Shown piece by piece: positions 30,374 to 41,756 of a DNA stretch of 64,000 nucleotides. Source of the stretch: Dechloromonas sp. (lineage in GTDB: Bacteria > Pseudomonadota > Gammaproteobacteria > Burkholderiales > Rhodocyclaceae). The DNA is taken from NCBI GenBank assembly GCA_011391255.1, contig JAABQV010000004.1, positions 97,084 through 161,083 of the forward strand. Reading direction: 5' to 3'. The first letter of the stretch is position 1, and each line of letters opens with the position of its first letter. The notes below the pieces were generated by a model. It was not told the DNA's origin and did no database searches. It worked only from the letters and a program-made list of their open reading frames with translations. The position numbers and the translations under genes were made by a program.

Positions 30374-31294
30374 ATGCGGGTTTTTCGCGGCTTTTCGCGT
30401 CCGGTTCCAAGCCCTACGGCTGTGGCGATTGGCAATTTCGACGGGGTTCACCTCGGCCATGTGGCCTTGCTGAAACGTTTGGTCGATGTCGCTGGCACGG
30501 CTAACTTGCCGGCGACCATTCTGACTTTCGAGCCGCACCCGCGTGAGTTTTTCAATTCCGCCTCGGCGCCTGCGCGCCTGAGCACGTTGCGCGAGAAGTT
30601 GGAGTTACTCGCCGCCAACGGGGTTGAGCAGGCCATGGTGTGCCATTTTAACGCCGGTTTTGCTGCGCTTTCGGCAACGAAGTTTGTCGAAGATGTCCTG
30701 ATTGGTGGTCTGCAGACAAGTCACTTAATCGTTGGCGATGACTTTCGTTTCGGCAAGAGTCGCTCCGGTGATTTCGCGATGCTGCAAACGGCCGGGCAGC
30801 AGTCCGGATTTTTGGTTGAAGCGATGGGTAGCGTGACGCTGGGTGACGTTCGCGTCTCCAGCTCAGCTGTGCGTGGGGCGCTAGCTGATGGCGATATGCA
30901 ACTGGCGGCAGGCTTGCTCGGCAGGCCGTATGTCATCGACGGCAGGGTTCGCCATGGCGACAAAGTCGGACGTCAGCTTGGCTTTGCGACAGCGAATATC
31001 CGCATTAAGCACAACCCGCTGCCGATGAGCGGGGTTTTCGCGGTTGAAGTCACCGGCCTCGGTGATGCCCCATTGCCTGGCGTCGCCAATCTCGGCATCC
31101 GGCCAACGGTGGGCGGTACGCGGCCGATCCTTGAAGTGCATTTGTTTGATTTTGAGCGTGATATTTACGGCGCCCACCTTTCCGTTCGTTTCGTTCATAA
31201 ATTGCGTAACGAACAACGTTTTCCAAATTTTGATGCCCTCAAGGCGCAGATCGCAGCAGATGCGCTGGCCGCCCGGGTATTTTTCAAGCTTTGA
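30374..31294 (+). CDS. ribF: Bifunctional riboflavin kinase/FAD synthetase
   Basis: IGNFDGVHLGH, VGDDFRFG, GFATANI, NLGIRPT, EVHLFDF. Confidence 0.96.
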   Translation: MRVFRGFSRPVPSPTAVAIGNFDGVHLGHVALLKRLVDVAGTANLPATILTFEPHPREFFNSASAPARLSTLREKLELLAANGVEQAMVCHFNAGFAALSATKFVEDVLIGGLQTSHLIVGDDFRFGKSRSGDFAMLQTAGQQSGFLVEAMGSVTLGDVRVSSSAVRGALADGDMQLAAGLLGRPYVIDGRVRHGDKVGRQLGFATANIRIKHNPLPMSGVFAVEVTGLGDAPLPGVANLGIRPTVGGTRPILEVHLFDFERDIYGAHLSVRFVHKLRNEQRFPNFDALKAQIAADALAARVFFKL

Positions 31295-31303
31295 GTGCGA
31301 TAA

Positions 31304-34102
31304 ATGGCTGATTATAAAAACACCCTGAACCTGACCGACACCGCTTTCCCGATGCGCGGCGATTTGCCCAAGCGCGAGCCGCAGTGGGTTGGCATCTGGC
31401 AGGAAAAGAAGCTCTACCAGCGTATCCGCGAGGTGTGCGCCGGTCGTCCGCGTTTTGTGCTGCACGACGGCCCGCCTTACGCCAACGGCGATATTCACAT
31501 CGGCCACGCGGTCAACAAGATTTTGAAGGACATTATTGTTCGCTCAAAAACGCTCGCCGGCTTTGATGCGCCCTATGTGCCGGGCTGGGATTGCCACGGC
31601 CTGCCGATTGAGCACCAGATTGAAAAACTGCACGGCAAGAATATTGCCGCCGACAAGGTGCGCGAGCTTTCGCGCGCCTACGCCGCCGAGCAGGTTGAGC
31701 GTCAGAAGAAGGACTTCATCCGCCTCGGTGTGCTCGGCGACTGGGGCAATCCTTATCTGACGATGAATTACTCGGCGGAAGCCGGCGAGATTCGTGCGCT
31801 CGGCAAAATTCTTGAGCAGGGCTATCTCTATCAGGGTTTGAAGCCGGTTAACTGGTGTCTGGATTGCGGTTCGGCGCTGGCTGAGGCGGAAGTCGAGCAC
31901 GAAGATAAAACTTCGCCGGCGATTGATGTGGCTTTTGAAGTGCATGCCAACCATGCCGAAAAGCTCGCCACTGCCTTTGGCCTCACCCATTTGCGCGGCC
32001 CCGCCTTTGCCGTGATCTGGACGACGACCCCGTGGACTTTGCCGGCCAACGAGGCAGTCAGCGTCCATCCTGAACTGACCTACGATCTCGTTGAAACTGA
32101 AAAGGGCGCGCTGATTCTAGTTCGCGAACTGGTTGAGGCGGCACTCAAGCGTTATGCGCTGGAAGGAAAAACGATTGCTTCGACCACGGGTGACAAGCTT
32201 GACCAGATTCTGCTCAAGCACCCGTTCCAGAATCGTGATGTGGCGATTATTTGCGGCACCCACGTGACAACTGAAGCGGGTACGGGTCTGGTGCACACGG
32301 CGCCGGCGCATGGCGTTGACGACTACAACATTGGCAAGAAATACGGCCTGCCGGTGAATAATCCGGTCGGTAACGACGGCAAATTCCTCGGCAATACACC
32401 GCCGTTGTCGGTTGGCGAACTGGCTGGCAAGTCAGTCTGGGAAGCCAATCCGATGGTGCTGCAGGAACTCGAATCCTGCGGTCGACTGCTGAAACACGAG
32501 AAAATTTCACACAGCTACCCGCATTGCTGGCGCCACAAGACGCCGATCATCTTCCGGGCGACGACGCAGTGGTTCATCGGCATGGATCACAAGCAGAACG
32601 AGGATGCCTCGACGTTGCGCTGGATCGCCGAACGTGCCGTCGATGAAACGCAGTTCTTCCCGGCCTGGGGCCGCGCCCGCCTCGAAGGCATGATGAAAAC
32701 GCGCCCGGACTGGTGCGTCTCGCGCCAGCGTAACTGGGGCGTGCCGATTCCGTTCTTTCTGCACAAGGAAAGCGGCCTGCCGCACCCGCGTACCGCCGAA
32801 CTGGTCGAACTGGTTGCCCAGCGCGTCGAAAAGGCAGGCATCGAAGCCTGGTTCAGTCTCGATCCGGCTGAATTGCTCGGTGCCGAAGCCGATCAATACA
32901 ACAAGATGAAGGACACGCTGGACGTCTGGTTCGATTCCGGCACGACGCACTGGCACGTGCTGCGCGGCTCGCATGCGGCGGAACTGGCTTATCCGGCGGA
33001 TTTGTATCTTGAAGGCTCCGACCAGCATCGCGGCTGGTTCCAGTCCTCGCTGCTCTCCGGTTGCGCGATTGATGGGCGCGCGCCTTATAAAGCGTTGCTG
33101 ACGCACGGTTTCGTTGTCGACGGCAAGGGCCACAAGATGTCGAAGTCGAAAGGCAACGTCATCGCACCGCAGCAGGTTTCCGACAAAATGGGCGCCGAAA
33201 TTCTGCGTTTATGGACGGCCTCCACCGATTACTCCGGTGAGCTGTCGATTTCCGACGAAATCCTCAAGCGTGTTGTCGAAGGCTACCGCCGCATCCGCAA
33301 CACCCTGCGTTTCGTCCTCGCCAATACCAGCGATTTCGATGCCGCCAAAGACATGCTGCCGGTCGATCAATGGCTGGAAATCGATCGCTATGCGCTGGCA
33401 CTGAGCCGCGAATTGCAGTCTGATTGTCATGCAGATTATGACCGTTACGAATTCCATCGCGTCGTGCAATCCCTGCAAACCTTTTGCTCCGAAGATCTTG
33501 GCGGTTTCTACCTCGATATTCTGAAAGACCGCCTCTACACCACGGCGCCCAATTCACCGGCGCGCCGCTCGGCACAGTCGGCGCTCTGGCACATCCTGCA
33601 AGCCTTCACCAAACTGATGGCGCCGATTCTCTCGTTTACTGCCGAAGAGGTCTGGCAGTTGCTGACCAAGGATGTCGAGCAATCGATCATGCTGCACACT
33701 TGGCACGAATTGCCCAAGCCGGAAGGCGAGGGCGAGCTGCTGGCCAAGTGGTCGCAAATTCGCAACGTGCGCGCCGAAGTGACTAAGGCGCTCGAAGAAC
33801 TGCGCGAAGCCAGCAAGATCGGTTCCTCATTGCAAGCCGAAGTTGAGCTGCATTGTGCCGGCGAGAAATTTGATCTGCTGAGCTCGCTCGGCGATGACCT
33901 CAAGTTCGTGCTGATTGCTTCCAAGGTTGACGTCATCCGGGCCGAGGAAGAAAAGCTGGTCGCCCAGGCGTCAACGCATGGCAAGTGCGAACGCTGCTGG
34001 CATGTACGTGAGGATGTCGGTGCTAATGCCGAGCATCCGACCTTGTGCGGGCGCTGCGTCAGTAATCTGCATGGCGCCGGCGAGGTTCGCAGCTGTGCCT
34101 GA
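31304..34102 (+). CDS. ileS: Isoleucine--tRNA ligase
   Basis: [29 protein letters not shown]-terminal CERCW...CGRC zinc finger. Confidence 0.98.
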   Translation: MADYKNTLNLTDTAFPMRGDLPKREPQWVGIWQEKKLYQRIREVCAGRPRFVLHDGPPYANGDIHIGHAVNKILKDIIVRSKTLAGFDAPYVPGWDCHGLPIEHQIEKLHGKNIAADKVRELSRAYAAEQVERQKKDFIRLGVLGDWGNPYLTMNYSAEAGEIRALGKILEQGYLYQGLKPVNWCLDCGSALAEAEVEHEDKTSPAIDVAFEVHANHAEKLATAFGLTHLRGPAFAVIWTTTPWTLPANEAVSVHPELTYDLVETEKGALILVRELVEAALKRYALEGKTIASTTGDKLDQILLKHPFQNRDVAIICGTHVTTEAGTGLVHTAPAHGVDDYNIGKKYGLPVNNPVGNDGKFLGNTPPLSVGELAGKSVWEANPMVLQELESCGRLLKHEKISHSYPHCWRHKTPIIFRATTQWFIGMDHKQNEDASTLRWIAERAVDETQFFPAWGRARLEGMMKTRPDWCVSRQRNWGVPIPFFLHKESGLPHPRTAELVELVAQRVEKAGIEAWFSLDPAELLGAEADQYNKMKDTLDVWFDSGTTHWHVLRGSHAAELAYPADLYLEGSDQHRGWFQSSLLSGCAIDGRAPYKALLTHGFVVDGKGHKMSKSKGNVIAPQQVSDKMGAEILRLWTASTDYSGELSISDEILKRVVEGYRRIRNTLRFVLANTSDFDAAKDMLPVDQWLEIDRYALALSRELQSDCHADYDRYEFHRVVQSLQTFCSEDLGGFYLDILKDRLYTTAPNSPARRSAQSALWHILQAFTKLMAPILSFTAEEVWQLLTKDVEQSIMLHTWHELPKPEGEGELLAKWSQIRNVRAEVTKALEELREASKIGSSLQAEVELHCAGEKFDLLSSLGDDLKFVLIASKVDVIRAEEEKLVAQASTHGKCERCWHVREDVGANAEHPTLCGRCVSNLHGAGEVRSCA

Positions 34103-34583
34103 TGTCAAGCGCTGGTACGCGCTGGCGGTGCTGGTCATCGTCCTCGATCAGCTCAGTAAATGGGTCGTGCTGGAGAATATCCATTATGGCGAGACGATCT
34201 ACGTCGCGCCTTTCTGGAACTGGGTGCTGACCTACAACCCAGGCGCCGCCTTCAGTTTTCTCGCCGATCAGCCGGGCTGGCAGCGCTGGTTTTTCAGTAT
34301 TCTGGCGATTGCGGTTTCCGGCTGGATAGCCTTTGAGCTAAGGAAGCACCCCGAGCAATGGCTTCTTTCATTGGCACTGGCGCTGGTCATGGGCGGCGCT
34401 CTTGGCAACGTGATTGATCGCCTGCGCTTTGGTGCGGTGGTCGATTTCATCCAGTGGCACGCTGCCGGCTTTTACTGGCCGGCCTTTAACGTCGCCGATT
34501 CGGCCATCACCGTCGGGGCAATTTTGCTGATCGTTGAGCAGTTGACCGCAACTAACAAGAAAATTCAGGAAAAAACACCATGA
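34095..34583 (+). CDS. lspA: Lipoprotein signal peptidase
   Basis: LDQLSK, NPGAAFS, GNVIDR, FNVAD; GTG start overlapping the ileS end. Confidence 0.95.
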   Translation: MPDVKRWYALAVLVIVLDQLSKWVVLENIHYGETIYVAPFWNWVLTYNPGAAFSFLADQPGWQRWFFSILAIAVSGWIAFELRKHPEQWLLSLALALVMGGALGNVIDRLRFGAVVDFIQWHAAGFYWPAFNVADSAITVGAILLIVEQLTATNKKIQEKTP

Positions 34584-35011
34584 CCGCAGCCGTGCGTTCC
34601 GACAGCTATTTGACCCTGCATTACCGGATCACCGCGCTCGATGGTGAGGAATTTCTCTCAACCTTCGACATGAGCCCGGCGACCTTGCAAATGGGGAGCG
34701 GCCAACTCGCCGAAAATCTTGAATCGGTGTTGATCGGGCTGCCAGCCCATGAAACATTCGTTTTTGAGCTGGAGCCTGAGCAAGCCTTCGGTCAGCACAA
34801 TGCCCGCCTGGTCGAGCGTATTGCCCGCAGCGGTTTGCCAGCCGATATGGAACTCAAGGAAAATTCTGTCGTCGAATTTAGCGCCCCTCAAGGCGGTACC
34901 TTCGCCGGCTTCCTGCGCGAACTTGATGCCACCCATGCCTTGTTTGACTTCAATCACCCGATGGCCGGAAAAGCGATCCGCTTCGAAGTGAAAATTATTG
35001 GGATCATGTAA
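34580..35011 (+). CDS. fkpB: FKBP-type peptidyl-prolyl isomerase (SlpA/FkpB)
   Basis: TLHYR, FELEPEQAFG, DFNHPMAGKAIRFEV; position after lspA. Confidence 0.88.
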   Translation: MTAAVRSDSYLTLHYRITALDGEEFLSTFDMSPATLQMGSGQLAENLESVLIGLPAHETFVFELEPEQAFGQHNARLVERIARSGLPADMELKENSVVEFSAPQGGTFAGFLRELDATHALFDFNHPMAGKAIRFEVKIIGIM

Positions 35012-35141
35012 ATATCCGGCTTTCCTGGAAACTGGATGGCTAATGCGGAGCCGGAATTGGGTCATCAGCTCCGGCGCTTGGCATCCCGGCGTACTTGTCG
35101 GGCAAGCTTAGAAAAATGCTGCCACAAGTTTAAGGTTATTC

Positions 35142-35171
35142 TTGCGTGAAAGGCTTTGATGCTGATAAAAT
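35142..35171 (+). promoter_or_regulatory. Sigma70 promoter of rpsT
   Basis: TTGCGT, 18-bp spacer, extended -10 TGa-TAAAAT. Confidence 0.45.
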
Positions 35172-35206
35172 CTCTAATTCAGATTTTTCTATACCGGATA
35201 ATTTAC

Positions 35207-35479
35207 ATGGCCAATACCGCACAAGCTCGCAAGCGTGCCCGTCAAGCTGACAAGCAGCGCTCGCATAACGCCAGCCAGCGTTCGACCCTGCGTACCGCGA
35301 TCAAGCGTGTGCGTCAGGCGATTGAAGCAGGTGACAAGGCAGCCGCCCAGAGCGTTTTTCAGCAATCTGTTGCTGTGATCGATCGCCTTGCTGACAAGAA
35401 GATTTGTCACAAGAACAAGACTTCCCGCACCAAGAGCCGTTTGTCTGCTCAGATCAAGGCAATTGCTGCAGCTGCCTAA
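35207..35479 (+). CDS. rpsT: 30S ribosomal protein S20
   Basis: [13 protein letters not shown]...[12 protein letters not shown]. Confidence 0.96.
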   Translation: MANTAQARKRARQADKQRSHNASQRSTLRTAIKRVRQAIEAGDKAAAQSVFQQSVAVIDRLADKKICHKNKTSRTKSRLSAQIKAIAAAA

Positions 35480-35496
35480 TCTAACGGTCAAACAAT

Positions 35497-35524
35497 AAAA
35501 AAGGCACCTTCGGGTGCCTTTTTT
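35497..35524. terminator. Bidirectional intrinsic terminator
   Basis: A6-ggcacc-TTCG-ggtgcc-T6. Confidence 0.85.
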
Positions 35525-35545
35525 ATTGCCGGCTTGCCGGGAAAT

Positions 35546-35845
35546 TCAGTGTTTATCGTTGAGCAGGCAAACGCCATCAACGATTTGTAAGTCGTTGTCT
35601 TGAGCGAAGTTAAGCATGAAGCGGTATGCCATCGGCTCGATTTCGCCGAGGCGCCCATCGACGAAAACGGCTTTTTCGCCGTTGTAGTCACCGGGGCCGA
35701 CGTAGGGGGAGTATTTCATTCGGCGTTCTGCGCCAAAGGCTGACATTACGCCGCATAAGCGTTCTGCCCAGTCACTCGGGCGGAATTTGCGACCTTGCGT
35801 GGTCAGTCCCACAATGATGAACGTGGTCGATTCTGATGTGGACAT
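35546..35845 (-). CDS. DUF3579-family protein
   Basis: GLTTQGRKFRPSDWAERLCGVM signature. Confidence 0.8.
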   Translation of the reverse strand: MSTSESTTFIIVGLTTQGRKFRPSDWAERLCGVMSAFGAERRMKYSPYVGPGDYNGEKAVFVDGRLGEIEPMAYRFMLNFAQDNDLQIVDGVCLLNDKH

Positions 35846-36025
35846 TGTTTTACTCTGCGTTATCTTGCGTTACGACCTTTTTCAGCCATTCTAGCAGAAG
35901 CGTCCCCACTGTTGCATCCGTGCCTTTTTCTTGGGAAGAGTATCTTTCTATAGAATGAGATACGTTGTGTTTGTAGAAACGGCTGCATATACTAAGTCTA
36001 CATTGTTGATCTGTAGGGGTTTTAT

Positions 36026-36256
36026 ATGCAGTCCTCATCGGTCATGAAGTATCAGTTCAAAATTCGGACGCGCTCCGGAGTGCTTGTTGAGAACCTGTCG
36101 ATATTCGGGCAGAGCGAGGCTGATGCCTCCCGAAAGTTGCGTCAGATCTACAACGGTTGCGAAATCATCGAATCCGGATGCACGCAGCCACCGTTCAATG
36201 GTCGCCACGGACTTTTGAATTACGAGGAAGTCGTTGATCTGATTATCGCAGCGTGA
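36026..36256 (+). CDS. Small hypothetical protein
   Basis: 76-aa ORF (alternative start MKYQF at 36044) filling an otherwise empty gap. Confidence 0.5.
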   Translation: MQSSSVMKYQFKIRTRSGVLVENLSIFGQSEADASRKLRQIYNGCEIIESGCTQPPFNGRHGLLNYEEVVDLIIAA

Positions 36257-37016
36257 TGTTGAGATCGCCACGCTCGACCAGTTCCTTGAGTAGGCTGGTG
36301 TGATCATGAGCGCCGCTGCTTGAAGCGTTGTGGCGATAGACGTCGCAGTTGAGCGACGGGCTCTCGGCAACCGAAACGTTTTCCGAAATAACAATATCCA
36401 GAACATCATCGCCATAGCGATCGCGCAATTTGTTGCGCACATCATCGCTCATGCGGCGGCGGCGGTCGAAACGGGTCAGCAGGTAGCGACGTTCGACACG
36501 GCGCTTCAAAACCGGCTCAAGTACTTGCAGGGTGCGCGTGATATGTTCAGCTGCTTGTAGCGAGAGATAGTCGGTCGAGATCGGTATCAGCAGGCAGTCG
36601 CAGGCAAAAATGGCATTCAGGGCGAGGACGCCGATATAGGGGCAGCAATCAATCAGCGTTGGCCGCGGGTTGGTGGTTTCCAGTTCTTCCAGGCCGTGGC
36701 GCAGCTTGTTAAGGATGGCCGGGCCTTTACCAAAGATGGAGTCGACCTTGATCAGTTGTTGGTGCGCCGGAATCAGATGGCCGATATGCTCCCACGGCAG
36801 TTCTAGTTCATGCAGGCTGCGCAAATCCTGGTAAAAGGCAAAAAGACTGCGGTTGGCTTCCAGCGGGGCTTGGCCGTGGATGCTGGAGAGGTGACCCTGG
36901 GGGTCGAGATCAAGCATCAGTGGCGTGTTTCCGGAGCGCCGGAGAGCGGCGCCAAGGTTTAAGGTTGTCGTAGTTTTGCCGACGCCACCTTTTTGATTAA
37001 ATATTGCGATACGCAT
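36243..37016 (-). CDS. ParA-family ATPase (orphan)
   Basis: Deviant Walker A NQKGGVGKTTT, DLDPQG, LIDCCP, ISENVSVAESP. Confidence 0.88.
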   Translation of the reverse strand: MRIAIFNQKGGVGKTTTTLNLGAALRRSGNTPLMLDLDPQGHLSSIHGQAPLEANRSLFAFYQDLRSLHELELPWEHIGHLIPAHQQLIKVDSIFGKGPAILNKLRHGLEELETTNPRPTLIDCCPYIGVLALNAIFACDCLLIPISTDYLSLQAAEHITRTLQVLEPVLKRRVERRYLLTRFDRRRRMSDDVRNKLRDRYGDDVLDIVISENVSVAESPSLNCDVYRHNASSSGAHDHTSLLKELVERGDLNITLR

Positions 37017-37154
37017 GGTTTTGCCGTTCTATACAAGGCTCTATTTTTCACTTAACATCTTGGCTTGTGCAACTAATTCGGGATTATACGTCTCGTGGGT
37101 TTCGCAATCGTTCTGGCGGCGGTGGCCGTCTTTTTCGTTTTTGGGGTCGCGCGC

Positions 37155-38327
37155 ATGTCTCATGTCATGAATACCTATGCCCGGTTGCCAGTGACGTTCA
37201 GTCACGGAAATGGCTGTCGGATCACCGATATCAACGGCAAGGAGTACTTGGACGCCTTGGCAGGTATTGCAGTTTCTACGCTGGGTCATGCCCACCCCAA
37301 GCTTGTCGCGGCAATTGCTGCGCAGGCCGGGCGAATGTTGCATACCTCCAATCTCTACGCGATTCGCGAGCAGGAGCAGCTGTCCGACAAGTTGGCTGCG
37401 CTGTCAGGGATGGACGAGATTTTCTTTTGCAATTCAGGTTGCGAGGCCAACGAGGCGGCGATCAAGCTGGCGCGTTTCTTCGGCCATAAGAAGGGTATTG
37501 ACCTTCCGACGGTGATCGTCATGGAAAAAGCTTTCCACGGCAGGACGATGGCAACCCTTTCGGCTACTGGCAACCGTAAGGCGCAGGCCGGCTTTGAACC
37601 TTTGGTATCGGGCTTCGTGCGGGTTCCCTACAATGACCTGGAGGCGATCCGGGCGGTTGCCGAACACAATAAAAATGTGGTCGCGGTGATGTTCGAGGTG
37701 ATTCAGGGCGAGGGCGGAATTCACTTGGCCTCCACCGAATTTCAAAAGGGTTTGCGCCAGCTTTGCAATGAGCGTGACTGGCTGATGATTTGTGACGAGG
37801 TTCAGTGCGGTATGGCGCGCACCGGCAAGTGGTTCGGCTACCAGCACGCCGGCGTACAACCCGATGTGGCAACGCTGGCCAAAGGCTTGGGTTCGGGTGT
37901 GCCGATTGGCGCCTGTATGGTCAGTGGCAAAGCGGCTGGTTTGTTCGGGCCGGGTAATCATGGTTCAACTTTTGGCGGAAATCCACTGGCTTGTGCCGCT
38001 GCCCTGACGACGATTGCAACGATTCAAGAAGATGGCCTGATGGCGAATGCCGAGATCGTTGGCAGTTATCTTCGCTCGTTGATGACCGAGGCGCTGGCCG
38101 GGTTCAAAGGTCTGGTCGAGATTCGCGGTCATGGCTTGATGGTTGGTATCGAGCTTGATCGTCCGTGTGGCGAACTCGTTGGCAAGGCGCTGGCAGCCGG
38201 TTTGTTGATCAACGTGACGGCCGACAAGGTGATTCGCTTCTTGCCGCCCCTGATCTTTGGAAAAAATGAGGCTAAAGAACTGGTTGACCGTATCTCTCCC
38301 CTCATCAAGGACTTCTTGGCGGCCTAA
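37155..38327 (+). CDS. argD: Acetylornithine aminotransferase
   Basis: FCNSGCEANEAAIKLAR, FHGRT, DEVQCG, LAKGLG, HGSTFGGNP. Confidence 0.93.
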   Translation: MSHVMNTYARLPVTFSHGNGCRITDINGKEYLDALAGIAVSTLGHAHPKLVAAIAAQAGRMLHTSNLYAIREQEQLSDKLAALSGMDEIFFCNSGCEANEAAIKLARFFGHKKGIDLPTVIVMEKAFHGRTMATLSATGNRKAQAGFEPLVSGFVRVPYNDLEAIRAVAEHNKNVVAVMFEVIQGEGGIHLASTEFQKGLRQLCNERDWLMICDEVQCGMARTGKWFGYQHAGVQPDVATLAKGLGSGVPIGACMVSGKAAGLFGPGNHGSTFGGNPLACAAALTTIATIQEDGLMANAEIVGSYLRSLMTEALAGFKGLVEIRGHGLMVGIELDRPCGELVGKALAAGLLINVTADKVIRFLPPLIFGKNEAKELVDRISPLIKDFLAA

Positions 38328-38330
38328 ATT

Positions 38331-39254
38331 ATGGCGATCAAACATTTTCTGCAGTTTAAGGATTTCACGCGCGACGAATTAGCCTATGTCTTCGATCGCA
38401 CGCGCTGGATCAAGAACCAGTTCAAGTCTTATGAAAAATACTGGCCGCTGACTGATCGCACCTTGGTAATGATCTTCGAGAAGGCGAGCACGCGTACCCG
38501 GCTTTCTTTTGAGGCCGGTATGCATCAGCTGGGTGGCTCGGCGATTTACCTGAATACCCGTGATTCGCAGCTGGGGCGCGGTGAGCCGGTCGAGGATGCG
38601 GCGCAGGTGATTTCGCGGATGAGCGATGTCGTGATGATCCGCACCTTCGAGCAGGAAATCATCGAGCGCTTTGCCGCAAATTCGCGCGTGCCGGTAATCA
38701 ACGGGCTGACCAATGAGTATCACCCGTGCCAGATTCTCGCTGATATTTTTACCTACTTTGAGCACCGGGGCAGCATCCAGGGCAAGACCGTGGCCTGGGT
38801 CGGCGATGCGAACAATATGTGCAATACCTGGTTGCAAGCGGCGGCAGTGCTTGATTTCAAAGTCAATGTGTCAACGCCGCCGGGTTACGAGTTACAACCC
38901 GGCTTGATTGAGGGCGTGAATCCAGCGAACTTCGAAGTTTTTGCTGACCCAATGGACGCCTGTCGTGGCGCCGACCTGGTGACTACCGATGTGTGGACGT
39001 CAATGGGTTTCGAGGCCGAGAACGATGTCCGGATGAAAGCCTTCGCCGACTGGTGTGTTGATGGTGAGATGATGCGTGTCGCGGATCCCAAGGCGATCTT
39101 TATGCATTGCCTGCCCGCGCATCGTGGTGAAGAAGTGACTGGCGAGGTCATTGATGGTCCGCAGTCGGTGGTTTGGGACGAAGCCGAGAACCGGCTGCAC
39201 GTGCAGAAAGCGTTGATGGAATACCTGCTGCTGGGCAGGCTTGAAACAAAATAA
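38331..39254 (+). CDS. argF: Ornithine carbamoyltransferase
   Basis: [17 protein letters not shown] motifs. Confidence 0.96.
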   Translation: MAIKHFLQFKDFTRDELAYVFDRTRWIKNQFKSYEKYWPLTDRTLVMIFEKASTRTRLSFEAGMHQLGGSAIYLNTRDSQLGRGEPVEDAAQVISRMSDVVMIRTFEQEIIERFAANSRVPVINGLTNEYHPCQILADIFTYFEHRGSIQGKTVAWVGDANNMCNTWLQAAAVLDFKVNVSTPPGYELQPGLIEGVNPANFEVFADPMDACRGADLVTTDVWTSMGFEAENDVRMKAFADWCVDGEMMRVADPKAIFMHCLPAHRGEEVTGEVIDGPQSVVWDEAENRLHVQKALMEYLLLGRLETK

Positions 39255-39264
39255 GGAAATTGAA

Positions 39265-40566
39265 ATGAGTGATATCAAAAAGGTTGTTCTGGCTTATTCC
39301 GGTGGTCTGGATACCTCAGTCATTCTCAAGTGGCTGCAGGATGTTTATAAGTGCGAGGTGGTTACCTTCACTGCCGACCTCGGCCAGGGTGAAGAACTGG
39401 AGCCGGCGCGCGCCAAGGCCCTTAAGGCCGGCATCAAGCCGAAGAACATCTATATTGACGACGTCCGCGAGGAGTTTGTCCGCGACTTCGTCTTCCCGAT
39501 GTTCCGTGCCAACACCGTTTATGAAGGCGAGTATCTGCTCGGTACTTCGATTGCCCGTCCGTTGATCGCCAAGCGTTTGATCGAGATCGTCAATGAGACC
39601 GGCGCCGATGCGATTTGCCATGGCGCGACCGGCAAGGGGAATGACCAGGTTCGTTTCGAGCTCGGCGCCTACGCGCTTAAGCCGGGTATCAAGGTCATTG
39701 CCCCGTGGCGTGAGTGGGATTTGATGTCGCGCGAAAAACTGATGGCCTATGCCGAGAAGCATGGTATCGACATCGACATGAAGCACAAGAAGGGCGGCTC
39801 GCCATATTCGATGGACGCCAACCTGCTGCACATTTCCTACGAAGGTCGCCATCTGGAAGATCCGGCGGCCGAGGCGGAGGAGTCGATGTGGCGCTGGACC
39901 GTTTCGCCGGAAAAAGCACCGAACAAGGCCGAATACCTTGAGCTCGATTTCGTCAAGGGCGATGTCGTTGCGATCAATGGCAAGAAAATGAAGGCGCACG
40001 AAGTTCTGGCAACGCTAAACAAGCTTGGCGGTCAGCACGGCATTGGTCGTCTCGATCTGGTCGAAAACCGCTACGTCGGCATGAAGTCGCGCGGCTGTTA
40101 CGAAACCCCGGGCGGCACGATTCTGCTGCGTGCGCACCGCGCCATCGAGTCAGTGACGCTCGACCGCGAAGTTGCCCATCTCAAGGATGATCTGATGCCG
40201 CGCTATGCAAGCATGGTGTACAACGGCTATTGGTGGAGCCCGGAGCGCAAGGCGCTGCAGGTGCTGATCGACCATACGCAGGAAAACGTCAACGGCATGG
40301 TTCGCCTAAAGCTGTACAAGGGCAACGTGATTGTCGTCGGCCGTGATTCCAAGACTGATTCGCTGTTTGACTCGACCATCGCGACTTTTGAGGATGATGC
40401 CGGTGCCTACGACCAGAAGGATGCGGCCGGTTTCATCAAGCTCAATGCATTGCGCATGCGTATCGCCGCCAATCTGACGGCGCGTAAACAGGCTAAACCG
40501 GCGGCGAAGAAGGCGGTTCCTCCGAAGGCTGCAGCCAAGAAAACAGCCTCGAAGAAAAAGGCTTAA
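39265..40566 (+). CDS. argG: Argininosuccinate synthase with a Lys/Ala-rich C-terminal tail
   Basis: [40 protein letters not shown]. Confidence 0.96.
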   Translation: MSDIKKVVLAYSGGLDTSVILKWLQDVYKCEVVTFTADLGQGEELEPARAKALKAGIKPKNIYIDDVREEFVRDFVFPMFRANTVYEGEYLLGTSIARPLIAKRLIEIVNETGADAICHGATGKGNDQVRFELGAYALKPGIKVIAPWREWDLMSREKLMAYAEKHGIDIDMKHKKGGSPYSMDANLLHISYEGRHLEDPAAEAEESMWRWTVSPEKAPNKAEYLELDFVKGDVVAINGKKMKAHEVLATLNKLGGQHGIGRLDLVENRYVGMKSRGCYETPGGTILLRAHRAIESVTLDREVAHLKDDLMPRYASMVYNGYWWSPERKALQVLIDHTQENVNGMVRLKLYKGNVIVVGRDSKTDSLFDSTIATFEDDAGAYDQKDAAGFIKLNALRMRIAANLTARKQAKPAAKKAVPPKAAAKKTASKKKA

Positions 40567-40569
40567 TTT

Positions 40570-40794
40570 ATGGAATCGAGCACCCTGTTCGGTTTGACCG
40601 AGGAGCAGATTGCTGACTTTGGTGCAACCTGGGGGGTGGGCGCGTTCATCCTTTTCATGCTGTTCATCATTGGCGAGATTGCCTGGAAATCGAAAGCAGG
40701 GAAAACGGGGACGTTTGTCCTTTTCTTCGTACTGTCTTTTGGCATGGTCGGCTTTATCGCCAAGGCAATTATTCAAAAAATGTGGGGTATTTAA
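40570..40794 (+). CDS. DUF2788-family small membrane protein
   Basis: FMLFIIGEIAWKSKAGKTGTFVLFFVL pattern. Confidence 0.78.
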   Translation: MESSTLFGLTEEQIADFGATWGVGAFILFMLFIIGEIAWKSKAGKTGTFVLFFVLSFGMVGFIAKAIIQKMWGI

Positions 40795-41106
40795 ATGTCG
40801 CAATACGATAATGTTTCGGTGATTAAAAAGGGCAATGTTTACTTTGATGGCAAGTGCGTCAGCCACACGGTTGTTCTGGCCGATGGCACCAAAAAAACAG
40901 TTGGAGTCATCATGCCGTCCAGCCTGACCTTCAACACCGGTGCTCCGGAGATCATGGAAGGTGTCGGGGGTTCATGCCGCGTCAAGCTTAAGGGCGAGAG
41001 CGAGTGGAAGACTTATGGTGAAGGCCTCTCCTTCAACGTGCCGGGCAATTCCAGCTTTGAGATTGCCTGCGACGAGCCGTATCACTACGTTTGCCACTTT
41101 GGATAA
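40795..41106 (+). CDS. ppnP: Pyrimidine/purine nucleoside phosphorylase
   Basis: [37 protein letters not shown]. Confidence 0.9.
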   Translation: MSQYDNVSVIKKGNVYFDGKCVSHTVVLADGTKKTVGVIMPSSLTFNTGAPEIMEGVGGSCRVKLKGESEWKTYGEGLSFNVPGNSSFEIACDEPYHYVCHFG

Positions 41107-41111
41107 GCACC

Positions 41112-41606
41112 ATGCCGAGCTTTGACTTTACTTCTGAAGCAGACATCGAGGCGTTGAAAAATGCCATTGATGTGACCACCCGTCAGATCGACAACCGTTA
41201 CGACTTCAAAGGGACGACGGCCAAGGTCGAGCTGAACGAAAAAGACAAGGTGATTACCTTGCACGGTGACTCGGATTTTCAGCTTGATCAGATCAAGGAT
41301 CTCCTTTTTCCCGCCATGGAAAAAAAGGAGAAAGAGAGCGTCAAGCGACTTGATCACCAGAAAATTGTCAGCGTTTCCGGCAACAAGGTGAAGCAGGAGA
41401 TGAAGATCCGTGATGGCATCGACAGCGATCTGGCCAAGAAAATCGTCAAGATGATCAAGGATGGCAAGCTCAAGGTGCAGGCCTCGATTCAGGGCGATTC
41501 GGTGCGCGTTCAGGGCGCCAAGCGTGATGATCTGCAGGGCTGTATTGCGCTGGTGACCAAGTCGATTACTGATTTCCCGATCAAGTACGGGAATTTCCGC
41601 GACTAG
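41112..41606 (+). CDS. yajQ: YajQ-family nucleotide/c-di-GMP-binding protein
   Basis: MPSFD, NRYDFKG, KVQASIQGD, KRDDLQ, NFRD end. Confidence 0.93.
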   Translation: MPSFDFTSEADIEALKNAIDVTTRQIDNRYDFKGTTAKVELNEKDKVITLHGDSDFQLDQIKDLLFPAMEKKEKESVKRLDHQKIVSVSGNKVKQEMKIRDGIDSDLAKKIVKMIKDGKLKVQASIQGDSVRVQGAKRDDLQGCIALVTKSITDFPIKYGNFRD

Positions 41607-41716
41607 TTTGCTGCACCCCAAGGGTACTGATGAAGCCTCTGCACAGCAAGACGGCAAGCGAAGCTTGCACGTCGCTGTGGATTCCTGCGGCGCGCGGTCA
41701 ACGCCGAAAATCGGGT

Positions 41717-41747
41717 AAAAAACGGGCAGCTTGACTGCCCGTCTTTT
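41717..41747. terminator. Bidirectional terminator
   Basis: A run, acgggcag-cttga-ctgcccgt, then cT4. Confidence 0.75.
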
Positions 41748-41756
41748 CGTCTGGGA

